This document shows, in pieces, positions 22,918 to 34,800 of a stretch of 64,000 bases of DNA. Under the pieces are notes generated by a model, which was not told the origin of the DNA, did not search any database, and saw only the letters and a list, made by a program, of their open reading frames with translations. The position numbers were made by a program, and so were the translations under genes. Source of the stretch: Eledone cirrhosa (lineage: Eukaryota); contig OZ024740.1 of NCBI GenBank assembly GCA_964016885.1, positions 228,532,001 to 228,596,000 of the forward strand. Direction: 5' to 3'. Position 1 is the first letter of the stretch, and every line of letters starts with the position of its first letter.

Positions 22918-23846
22918 TCTCTCCTTCTCTCTCTCTCTCTCCCCTTTTCTCTCTTCCTCCCTCCATCTGTCACTTGGCTGTGTACACACACACAGTTGAA
23001 TAGCCGTACACACAGACACGATTACCTACTAACACCTACACAATCCGCACATATCTGTAGCCCCCCTCTCTCTCTCTCTCACTCTCTCTCTCTTTCCTTC
23101 TTTCCCTCCATCTGTCGGTTTCTCTCTCTTTTTGTCTTCCCTCCTCTCTCATTCGCTTATCCTTTATTCTGCGGGATACGATGCTTTTGTGGAATTTTGA
23201 TATGATGTTTCATAAAGAGAGTAGAATATCTCTAGCTCCAAATAATAATATCACCCGACCCCCACCCCAAAATACGTTGCTAGAAAGAAAAATTCCAGAT
23301 GGTTGACGTTTTAGGTTGGAAGAGTTTAACATAGGGGTTTGTGTAATGACTATGTCAGGCCGAAGCTGGTGGAATGGGGGTCAATTAGGAATTGAAACCA
23401 CTTGGTAGGTTTCATCCAGCTGTAACTTACCGTTCAATCTTTGCCACCAAATATTTTGCCAATATTGCAAGAAATGTCTTTAGATAGGTAACATTTCACC
23501 ATAATGCTTTCTAGATACTGGCATTGAAATATTTATTTTATGTAATTGCTATTATCTTGAAACTATTGAAGTAAAGTATCAGTGAAGTGCTAATGTTTGT
23601 ACTCTAATAATTGTTTCCCAATAATTTACTTGAGGATTATGCGAAATCCGAACGTTGCTTTCCTATTGAACTTATATAATCGACATTGAAACAATTGATG
23701 CTATTATTATAAGTGACACTTATTGGTTCTTAATGCTTTCAACATCACTTATGGGCATATACTACCATTCTAGTGACGGGAGTACGAGTCTGTATAATGG
23801 CTGTACACACACAAACACATAAACACACACATACATACATACATAA

Positions 23847-23907
<61 letters not shown>

Positions 23908-23928
23908 CATACATGCATGCATACATAC

Positions 23929-26900
23929 ATGATGATGGCTTCCCCCTCGTTATCGAGTATGGCCATTGCACGAGAAAAAAAGCCATAATAATAACAATAA
24001 TAATAATAACAACAATAATAATAACGACAACAACAACAACAACAATAATATACATATATATATACACACGCGCACACATAAACATATCTACACACACACA
24101 CACGATAGTAATTAACAGCGCTGCGATCGAATGTGGCTTTTTAGCCCAGCCAATGATCTAAAATGTCTTGCATGGAGTTGGCAACCAAAGCAGTCACTGG
24201 GAATAGCCGGCTGTGGTTGGAGTTCATGTACTTTTGCATGTCGCTTGAGCCCTCCTGCTGATTTACATTCTCTACCACATGCTTGGCAAGCATGATGAGT
24301 AACATCTCCAACAGCAGCCTGGTAGTCAACCACTGGTCTTACTTTATGATTGCGAAGATGACTTTCGAGTCCAGCTTTGCTTAGGCAGAGTCTCGCACAG
24401 ACGCTGTATGTCAGCGCCATAGGAGGACCCTCGCCGTCTGGAAGTGCAACAGCAATGCCCTTCCTCACATCCCGCTTTACTTTCTCGTATGCGATTCGAG
24501 ATGCCTCAAAGGCAACCTTCCTCTCATATACAGTCTTTCTCCATTTATTACGATCAGCAGCAACATTTTCCCATGTATCAGCAGAGATGTTAGCGTCTTT
24601 CAAAGAGGCTTTCAAGGAATCCTTATACCTCTTTTTTGGTTTATGTGGCGGTCGATTTCCTTTAACTAACTCTCCATAAAAGAGTTGTTTTGGTATTCTA
24701 GAATCCTTCATCCTGGCAAGGTGACCACTCCAACGGAGTCGTTGCTTAAGCTCAAGAGCTTCTATACTGTCACACAGAGAGGTTTCCAAAATCTCGACAT
24801 CACTGATGTGGTACCTCCAGTGAACGCCATGGATCCGTCTGAGACACATCTGATGGAAACGCTCCAATTGCTTAAGGTGGTGTCGATATGTGACCCAGGT
24901 CTCGCAGGCATAAAGAAGAGAAGAGACCACGCATGCCTTGTACACCTTTACCTTTGTCTTCTTGCATATGTCTCGCTGACCCCAGAGTCGCCTTTCTAGC
25001 TTTCCGAAAAGCATCACTTGCTTTCTTAATCCTGAGTGGGATTTCATTATCAAGGTTGCTGTATCAATTGACAGTGCTTCCCAGGTAGACAAACTGATCA
25101 ACCACTCCAAGTCGTTTACCATACACATAGATATTTGGTTCACTGTACTGCTTACCAGGGGCAGGTTCGTACATGACGACGGTTTTCTTGAGACTGACAG
25201 TCAATCCTAGGGCAGTGCAAGCATCAGAAAATGCATTCAAAATATGCTGAATATCACTCTCTGTGTGCGCTACAAGATCCCAATCATCTGCATACAAGAG
25301 GTCTCTTATGATTGATGTAAATACTTTTGATTTTGCAGCAAAGCGCCTGATGTTAAATATGCTGCCTGAGGTTCGATATCGGATGTAAACACCATGCTCG
25401 AAATTCCTGAATTCAATATGGAAAACCATTGCAAAGTATATGGCAAACAGGGTCGGTGCTGGAATATCCCCCTGTTTCACTCCATTTTTTACTGAGATGG
25501 GCTCCGACATGTTACCTCCGACATTAATCCAAGCCTTCATGTCGTCATGGAAAGACCTAACTAAAGCAAGGAACTTATCAGGGCAACCAAGTTTCTGGAG
25601 AACCTTCCATAATGCATTTCTGTTAACAATATCGAAAGCTTTTGTCAGATCGACAAAAACCTGATACTGATCCAAACTTTGTTCCATGCACTTCTCCTGG
25701 AGCTGTCTAGCTGAGAAGATCATATCAGTAGTGCCGCGTCCAGCACAAAAACCAGATTGACTTTCAGGAAGAACACTATCTGCAATGTGTGTCAGCAGAC
25801 GGTCAAAAAGCACCCTACATAAAACTTTCCCTACGACAGAAAGCAATGATATACCTATGTAGTTCCCACAATCATTCCTGTTACCATTTCCCTTGTACAA
25901 GACCACCATTACTGCATCTCTCCAGTCCTCAGGTACGGATTCATTAGCCCATATCCTGCCAAACAAAGAGTGAAGATGTTGCAGGAGTCTTTCACTACCA
26001 TATTGTAGGAGCTCTGCATGTATGCCATCCTGGAGACCTATTGTTCAGCTTCGAGATAGCCACTGCAACCTCCACAAGCGTCGGAGGTTCTGCGAGAGCT
26101 ACTTTCACAGGACTTTCTGGAATGAGATTGAGGAAATCTTCATTGACGACAGACAGCTGATTCAAAAGCTCATGAATTCGTAGAATTCCTTGTGAGTCCT
26201 GAAGAAGTTCTTTGCCATCCTTGCTGCGAAGCGGTGTCACCAGAAAAGATGACGTTCCATAAACTTCACGCAAGAGACTGTACAACAGCTTTGTGTTATT
26301 GGAATCTGACGCTGTTTGTATCTCATCAGCCTTCTCACTCCACCACTGATCCTTCATCTGAGAAAGACTCCGCCTAACACGTGATTTCACATCCTTGAGT
26401 TTCTTATGCAACATATTCTTCTCCTGTGGTTTTGCCGTCAAGTAGCGTGATAGAGCACGCCTCTTATCAGCCAACAAGTCTTCTATATGTTCATCATTCT
26501 CATTAAACCAGTCTTGATGTTTTGTCTGCACCAATCCCAGAACACGCCTGCCTACATCATAAACCGACTTTTTAAGGGTCGGCCAATCCTCACCAAGATC
26601 TGCAACCTGCATCTCTTCTCGCAATGTCCTCTTCACATTTTTATCCCTAAGACGAGCAGCATTCAATCTTATGGGCAGGGCAACACCAGGAGCCCGGATT
26701 TTACGTTTAGTGATTAGTTTCACTTTTGCGCGTACCAGGCGGTGGTCCGTCCAGCACTCAGCTCCACGAAGAGCACGAACACACTGCACATCTCGTCTGT
26801 CACGCATCCTGACTAGGACGTAATCCAAAAGATGCCATTCCTTAGATGCAGGATGCATCCATGTAGTTTTAAATTTGTTCTTTTGTTGGAACATGGTGTT

Positions 26901-27560
26901 ACAGCTCCAGCTCCTCACACATCTGCAGCAGGAGCATGCCATTGTTGTTACACTTTCCCACCCTATGCCTTCCGATTACATTCAATGTGTTAAATTCCCT
27001 ACCCACTCTAGCATTAAAGTCACCAAGCACGATGACTTCGTCTGCCTGAGGGATATTTCTTAAAACACCTTTCAAGGCATGGTAAAAGGACACTTTTTCT
27101 TCATCGACAGAATTCATAGTTGGAGCATATCTTCCTTTGTCCAGCGGAATTCTCATGAACATAAGACGCTCACTAATCCCTACTGGGAATACTTCTAATT
27201 TATTCACAAGAACAGTCTTAACAGCAAATGCTACCCCAGCCTCTCTTCTGTTTCCTTCCTTCTTCTCTTCCTTTCCAGAAGAATGTATATTCTCCACAAA
27301 ATTCTGTAAGATGACCATCTCCAGCTAACCTCCTCTCAGATAAGCTACGATGTCAAGATCGTAACGTCGAAGCTCCTTTGCAACAAGAGCGGTCCTTCGT
27401 TCAGGACGTTCCAAGGAATCCCTGTCAAGCAGCGTCCGTACGTTCCACCAGCCAAGACTAAATGCCTTGTTTGGCTCTATTACAATGGCACGATGGCGAG
27501 CGGGCCCAGACTGTGATAACCTGGGGCCCCTGCCCTTATTGCCAATTCTCTCTTGTACAC
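23929..27560 (-). mobile_element. Near full-length RTE (BovB-like) LINE, inactivated
   Basis: The pieces form a single APE-RT frame: WNVRTLLDR..RPERRTALVAKELRRYDLDI, GDFNARVG, TWMHP.SK.WHLLDY, CWTDH, VFVDLTKAFD, GVKQG, LLYADD, LLYACETW, RLRWSGH and C-terminal C2H2 fingers. A 3' stem-loop and CATCAT tail follow. Confidence 0.95.
24112..27470 (-). pseudogene. RTE endonuclease-reverse transcriptase ORF, frameshifted
   Basis: ORFs 27325-27738 (part), 26899-27318, 25995-26942, 25064-25966 and 24112-25143 are colinear. Confidence 0.93.
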
Positions 27561-27574
27561 ACACAAAAATATAA

Positions 27575-27893
<319 letters not shown>

Positions 27894-27943
27894 AGAGACG
27901 TAAAATAAGAAAATTATAAAATTAACTTACTTACTAAAATATC

Positions 27944-28026
27944 ACTTCCAACTAATTAGTTTCTGGAATGGAGTAAATATATTTTCCGAAGAATAATATA
28001 GAGAAGCATTCCGTCGTCAGGAAAGT
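27944..28026 (-). ncRNA. Type I hammerhead ribozyme, near intact, with a palindromic minimal stem III
   Basis: The minus-strand RNA reads ACUUUC-CUGACGA-CGGAAUG-[36 nt]-CAUUCCA-GAAA-CUAAUUAG-UU-GGAAGU. Stem I has 6 bp (one GU), the core CUGANGA and GAAA are intact, stem II has 6 bp plus a C-A mismatch, and the triplet is GUU. Confidence 0.7.
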
Positions 28027-28354
28027 CTATTCTCATGTAAGTTTCCAGGCAAAGCGAGGACACTGGAAACTTATTAAAAAATAATTCAGTGGATAGGAAA
28101 TAGCAAAGCGTGGACAGAATTCCAAGCCATTGAGAAAATCACTGCTTCTACGTCTGTGGCAAATTCAAAAAGAATCGAACACGTGACATCGAGGTCAATC
28201 AGTGGAAAGTGGTTTGCTAATAAGACAGCGGCCTGTCTACAACCGTAGCAGCAGTCATGGCCAATATTGCTCGACAAATAATTTGGAGATAATAATAAAG
28301 AATTCATATCTAGTAACATATATATACATACAGATGCATATCAATGCTAGGAAA

Positions 28355-28465
28355 TATATAGGTTTTGTCTTAATAACAGTGTGGTTCAATGCATGGGGTT
28401 GCAGAACAATAATATAAGAGACGTAAAATTGAACCACACTGTTATTAAGACAAAACCTATATATA
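28355..28465. repeat. ~35-bp perfect inverted repeat closing the hammerhead-bearing element at 27890-28465
   Basis: TATATAGGTTTTGTCTTAATAACAGTGTGGTTCAAT is inverted as ATTGAACCACACTGTTATTAAGACAAAACCTATATA. The loop contains TATAAGAGACGTAAAAT, which is also at 27890. Confidence 0.8.
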
Positions 28466-28589
28466 TATATATATATATATACATACGCACACACTCATTC
28501 ACATACATACATATATATGTAAAAGGTAAACAGTTAGTTCCAGAAAACTTGAGAAGGAGAGGAGGAGTTGGAGAAAGACATAGTGAAAG

Positions 28590-28700
28590 AATCAATCCCA
28601 ATATGGTGACTGGTACTTTATTTGGCCGAAAGGACGAAAGGCAAAGTTGACCTTCGCAGGACTTTAAATCAGAGCGCAGGGGCGTGGAGCAAATACCGTA
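28590..28700 (-). mobile_element. Degenerate SINE family A fragment
   Basis: ACTGGTACTTTATTT..CCGAAAGGACGAAAGGCAAAGTTGACCT. Confidence 0.65.
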
Positions 28701-28899
28701 AAGCATTACTTTCGATATCAATTCGCCCCTTATGATAAGTCCAACTGTGCTAGACAGGCCGTAGAGCCGTAGAGTAGGAGCTAGTCTGAACATTAATCGC
28801 TAGAGGAGTAATAACAAAAATCCCAGGATACATTGACGAGTAGCGTGCAATTGAAACTTTTTTGGCGACCAGGCAGTCTGAATAAATTGATAGACAGTC

Positions 28900-28954
<55 letters not shown>

Positions 28955-29206
28955 TAGATAGATAGATGGATAGATATGGGTAGATGGTAGATTGTAGTTG
29001 TTTGGATGATTTACACGCCTTCTAATGGGCACTCAATTAGGTCCGAATATCGATTAAAGTTCTTTATAATTTTTTTCAATGTACAGGCAAATTCGTATTT
29101 TATGGCATGTTTACACGCTTATGTAATAAACATGTGCAAATTTATATATGTATTCGTGCAGTCCCGGTTACTTCTTTTGTGTGTATACAGATATAAGTTT
29201 TATATG

Positions 29207-29295
29207 GAATTAGCTGAAACGGCAAGAGCTCAGCCGTCGGGATCCTGACACTTTCATATTACCATACTCTACTACCCCAATTATCGAGTACTCAG
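29207..29295 (+). repeat. Diverged copy of the 947-1438 fold-back family
   Basis: GGAATTAGCTGAAACGGCAAGAGCTCAGCCGTCGGGATCCT..ATTACC..ACTCTACTACCC..TATCGAGTACT. Confidence 0.75.
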
Positions 29296-29324
29296 GTTTT
29301 TTATACACACACATATATATAATA

Positions 29325-29422
29325 ATTGTTTCTACTTTAGGCACAAGGCCAGCAATTACCCAGTACATTACTGGTACTTTATTTTATCGACCCCGTAAGG
29401 ATGAAAGGCAAAGTCAACCTCG
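29325..29422 (-). mobile_element. 5'-truncated young SINE family A copy
   Basis: Nearly identical to 21671-21766. Confidence 0.88.
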
Positions 29423-29550
29423 AATGAAATACACACACATATGCATATGTATGTGTGTGTGTGTGGTGTCTGCCTTAACAAGTTTTGCTCGATGACCGAA
29501 AGAGCTAAAATAATCAAAATAATTAAAATAACTCAATAATCAGAGCTATT

Positions 29551-29778
29551 TATCAAATTACAAAATATGAGGAAATAATAGACAAAAATATACCTATTTT
29601 TTCTTCAAAGGCCTTTTTTCTGAGGGGTCTCTTGATAAGCCATATCAACCTCACGGCGATGATGCATTTCTATAGTGCAGAAATCGTGCACACGGATTGG
29701 CGAAACTGCAGTCGAGACTTTGAAAAATAAAATAGGTATATTTTTGTTTATTATTTCCTCATATTTTGTAATTAGATG
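29551..29778 (+). repeat. Fold-back element (~55-bp inverted repeats) enclosing a minimal hammerhead-like motif at 29627-29718
   Basis: 29552-29610 is inverted at 29718-29778. The interior reads GTCTC-TTGATAA-GCCATATC...GATTGGC-GAAA-CTGCAG-TC-GAGAC. Confidence 0.7.
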
Positions 29779-29779
29779 T

Positions 29780-29793
29780 GTATATACATGAAT

Positions 29794-29849
<56 letters not shown>

Positions 29850-29867
29850 GAATACACATACACACAC

Positions 29868-29903
<36 letters not shown>

Positions 29904-29980
29904 CACAATAAATTAACGGAGGCATAGGCCGTCGTTATATACATGTATATATATATATATACATGTATACACAAACACAT

Positions 29981-30029
<49 letters not shown>

Positions 30030-30115
30030 TATATGTGTGTGTGTGTGTATATATATTTATATATATGTGTGTGTGTGTATATTTATATATATATGTGTGT
30101 GTGTGTGTATATATT

Positions 30116-30180
<65 letters not shown>

Positions 30181-30181
30181 T

Positions 30182-30212
<31 letters not shown>

Positions 30213-30283
30213 ACATATAGAAGACAAGAGGAGTAAGCAGATGAGGAGGAGAAGGAGGAGGAGGAGGAGGAGGAGGAGGAGGA
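29780..30283. repeat. (TA)n/(CA)n/(TG)n compound microsatellite and a (GAG)n tract
   Basis: Seen directly in the sequence. Confidence 0.95.
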
Positions 30284-30901
30284 TTTATGTGGAAAGTACG
30301 AATGGATTAAAATATATTTGCGACGGACTTTTGAAAGCGCAACATCAAATACAAGTCCCTCTCCTTATAAAAAGCCGGTATTGCATTAGAAATTATTGCA
30401 TAACAAATCTATTACCTAAGATGCTGTCTGAAGATGACGTGTTGGTGAATGCCAGATGGCAGCATTACGTAATTATTGATACTACAGCAATATGTAATAC
30501 AGCAAATTTCGTTATAAAATAAATTATGAATATCTAGCCTTCTCAGTTTTATCATTATTGCATATATTCTTCCTCATGGACTACTGCATCGAAATTGGAA
30601 GGATATACATGACGTTGAATGCTTGAAGCTAATTACATAATTATTTAATTGGAGTATTACAAACGCAACCCCAATTGGTCAAACATCTTATAACACACAT
30701 GGATAACATCGATGACGTGGAGAAGTAAGATTAGTATGCATGGGCGACTACCGGTCTTCCATAAAACACCTTGCCTTGGCTTGTCCCCTGGAGAAGAACT
30801 TCCCAGGCGCTACCACATGGTCAGTCATATATCTGCAATGTTTGTGCATAATCGTCCTGTGTGGTATACAGTCTAACGAATAGTGACTAACTAGATGGTT
30901 A

Positions 30902-31454
30902 TACGAGTGTGCTTCAAAAAATTACGTGGAAAAAGAACATTTGAAAAAAAAATGGTTTAAGTTATGATGTTTATTTTTCAACATATGCTGTAACAATGTC
31001 AATATACTCCTACAAGCGTTGACACCAGTCTTTAAGTCCATCTGTGTAAAACTGAGTCATACGATTTAAACAATGACAAAACAGCTTTTTTTACATCTTC
31101 AACTGGGGGATCATCTTCAACCTCATCTCTTCCACTTCTAAAACGACACCAATTTGTAGGTTGTTGATTTATTTATGGCATTGTCCCCATAAACTTGCTT
31201 CTGAGCATCAATGATTTGGCTGCTCTTACACCCTAGCTTTACCAGGAATTTGATGTTTTGATGGAGGGCAAGTTGCTCGAGTGGGTGCTGACTTCTGACT
31301 GGCGGTGCTGCGTTGCAGCATGCGTTTAAGGCTTCATGTTAGAACATGTTATGACACATTAGTACGAGAACGTACAGATGTATTGAGATCAAAATCCCTG
31401 TATATGAAATTTATCTATGTATTTTTTCCACGAACGTTTTGAAGTCCCTTCATA
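30902..31454 (-). mobile_element. Internally deleted, old mariner element
   Basis: The imperfect TIRs are TA-CGAGTGTGCTTCAAAAAATTACGTGGAAAAA and, reverse-complemented, TA-TGAAGGGACTTCAAAACGTTCGTGGAAAAA. The minus strand reads DGLKDWCQRL*EYIDIVTAYVEK*, resembling a mariner C-terminus. Confidence 0.75.
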
Positions 31455-31805
31455 TTATCATACATTTAAATATTTTATGTTCATTCAGTACATATATATT
31501 TTTTTGTATCACTTTCTGACATTAGTGTCGTCCATTCTCATACTCGTGTCTCATTTATGCGTCCTTCTGTAAAAACTCCCGAGCAGTGTAAAGCTGCTTT
31601 TTTTAAAACATCATTGACACCATCAGGTAGGCTGATGCTGTTTTTAGTGTCAAAACCATGAATATATCCGAAGGAGAGCTTGATGACGCGAAAGGCTGTT
31701 ACGTCGTTATTTTGTGCCACCGACCACAGATTTTCGTCGTCTTTGTTATTTTTTTTAATAATTATTTTATTGAGAAATGTTACGAAGATTCTTTCGCTTT
31801 TAAAG

Positions 31806-34800
31806 ATTGAACACAATTACAGTGTACAAGAGTCATTTTAGTCATTGAACAGTGTACAATAGTCATTTTAGTCATTGAACACAATTACAGTGTACAATAG
31901 TCATTTTAGTCATTGAACACAATTACAGTGTACAATAGTCATTTTAGTCATTGAACACAATTACAGTGTACAATAGTCATTTTAGTCATTGAACACAATT
32001 ACAGAGTACAATAGTCATTTTAGTCATTGAACACAATTACAGTGTACAAGAGTCATTTTAGTTATTGAACACAATTACAGTGTACAATAGTCATTTTAGT
32101 CATTGAACACAATTACAGTGTACAATAGTAATTTTAGTCATTGAACTCAATTACAGTGTACAATAGTCATTTTAGTCATTGAACACAATTACAGTGTACG
32201 ATAGTCATTTTAGTAATTGAACACAATTACAGTGTACAATAGTCATTTTAGTCATTGAACAGAATTACAGTGTACAATAGTCATTTTAGTCATTGAACTC
32301 AATTACAGTGTACAATAGTCATTTTAGTCATTGAACACAATTACAGTGCACAATAGTCATTTTAGTCATTGAACAGAATTACAGTGTACAATAGTCATTT
32401 TAGTCATTGAACGCAATTACAGTGTACAATAGTCATTTTAGTCATTGAACACAATTACAGTGTACAATAGTCATTTTAGTCATTGTACACAATTACAGTG
32501 TACAATAGTCATTTTAGTCATTGGACACAACTACAGTGTACAATAGTCATTTTAGTCATTGAACACAATTACAGTGTACAATAGTCATTTTAGTCATTGT
32601 ACACAATTACAGTGTACAATAGTCATTTTAGTCATTGTATACAATTACAGTGTACAATAGTCATTTTAGTCATTGTACACAATTACAGTGTACAATAGTC
32701 ATTTTAATCATTGAACACAATTACAGTGTACAATAGTCATTTTAGTCATTGAACACAATTACAGTGTACAATAGTAATTTTAGTCATTGAACACAATTAC
32801 AGTGTACAAGAGTCATTTTAGTCATTGAACAGAATTACAGTGTACAATAGTCATTTTAGTCATTGAACACAATTACAATGTACAATAGTCATTTTACTCA
32901 TTGAACACAATTACTGTGTACAATAGTCATATTAGTCATTGAACACAATTACAGTGTACAAGAGTCATTTTAGTCATTGAACACAATTACAGTGTACAAT
33001 AGTCATTTTAGTCATTGAACACAATTACAGTGTACAATAGTCATTTTAGTCATTGAACTCAATTACAGTGTACAATAGTCATTTTAGTCATTGAACACAA
33101 TTACAGTGTACAATAGTCATTTTAGTCATTGTACACAATTACAGTGTACAATAGTCAATTTAGTCATTGAACACAATTACAGTGTACAATAGTCATATTA
33201 GACATTGAACACAATTACAGTGTACAAGAGTCATTTTAGTCATTGAACCCAATTACAGTGTACAATAGTCATGTTAGTCATTGAACACAATTACAGTGTA
33301 CAATAGTCATTTTAGTCATTGAACACAATTACAGTGTACAATAGTCATTTTAGTCATTGAACACAATTACAGTGTACAAGAGTCATTTTAGTCATTGAAC
33401 ACAATTACAGTGTACAAGAGTCATTTTAGTCATTGAACACAATTACAGTGTACAAGAGTCATTTTAGTCATTGAACACAATTACAGTGTACAATAGTCAT
33501 ATTAGTCATTGAACACAATTACAGTGTACAAGAGTCATTTTATTCATTGAACACAATTACAGTGTACAATAGTTTATATTAGTCATTGAACACAATTACA
33601 GTGTACAAGAGTCATTTTAGTCATTGAACACAATTACAGTGTACAATAGTCATTTTAGTCATTGAACATAATTACAGTGTACAATAGTCATTTTAGTCAT
33701 TGAACACAATTACAGTGTACAATAGTCATTTTAGTCATTGAACACAATTACAGTGTACAATAGTCATTTTATTCATTGAACACAATTACAGTGTACAATA
33801 GTCATTTTAGTCATTGAACACAATTACAGTGTACAATAGTCATTTTAGTAATTGAACACAATTACAGTGTACAATAGTCATTTTAGTCATTGAACTCAAT
33901 TACAGTGTACGATAGTCATTTTAGTCATTGAACTCAATTACAGTGTACAATAGTCATTTTAGTCATTGAACACAATTACAGTGTACAATAGGCATTTTAG
34001 TCATTGAACAGAATTACAGTGTACAATAGTCATTTTAGTCATTGAACTCAATTACAGTGTACAATAGTCATTTTAGTCATTGAACACAATTACAGTGTAC
34101 AATAGTCATTTTAGTCATTATACACAATTACAGTGTACAATAGTCATTTCAGTCATTGAACACAATTACAGTGTACAATAGTCATTTTAGTCATTGAACA
34201 CAATTACAGTGTACAAGAGTCATTTTAGTCATTGAACACAATTACAGTGTACAATAGTCATTTTAGTCATTGAACACAATTACAGTGTACAACAGTCATT
34301 TTAGTCATTGAACACAATTACAGTGTACAATCGTCATATTAGTCATTGAACACAATTACAGTGTACAAGAGTCATTTTAGTCATTGAACACAATTACAGT
34401 GTACAATAGTTATATTAGTCATTGAACACAATTACAGTGTACCAGAGTCATTTTAGTCATTCAACACAATTAGAGTGTACAATAGTCATTTTAGTCATTG
34501 AACACAATTACAGTGTACAATAGTCATTTTAGTCATTGAACACAATTACAGTGTACAATAGTCATTTTAGTCATTGAACACAATTACAGTGTACAATAGT
34601 CATTTTAGTCATTGAACACAATTACAGTGTACAATAGTCATTTTAGTCATTGTACACAATTACAGTGTAGAATAGTCATTTTAGTCATTGAACACAATTA
34701 CAGTGTACAATAGTCATTTTAGTCATTGAACACAATTACAGTGTACAATAGTCATTTTAGTCATTGAACACAATTACAGTGTAGAATAGTCATTTTAGTC

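Noticed and set aside
23300-23740. Possible very old LINE RT remnant on the minus strand (FGFR..IIG..LEYK)
   Set aside because: The similarity is too weak to support by eye and needs a profile search.
30220-30700. Acidic poly-Glu exon (DEEEK..EDLCGKYEWI..)
   Set aside because: It derives from a (GAG)n tract, the frame closes after about 35 further codons, and there is no recognisable domain or clear splice signal.
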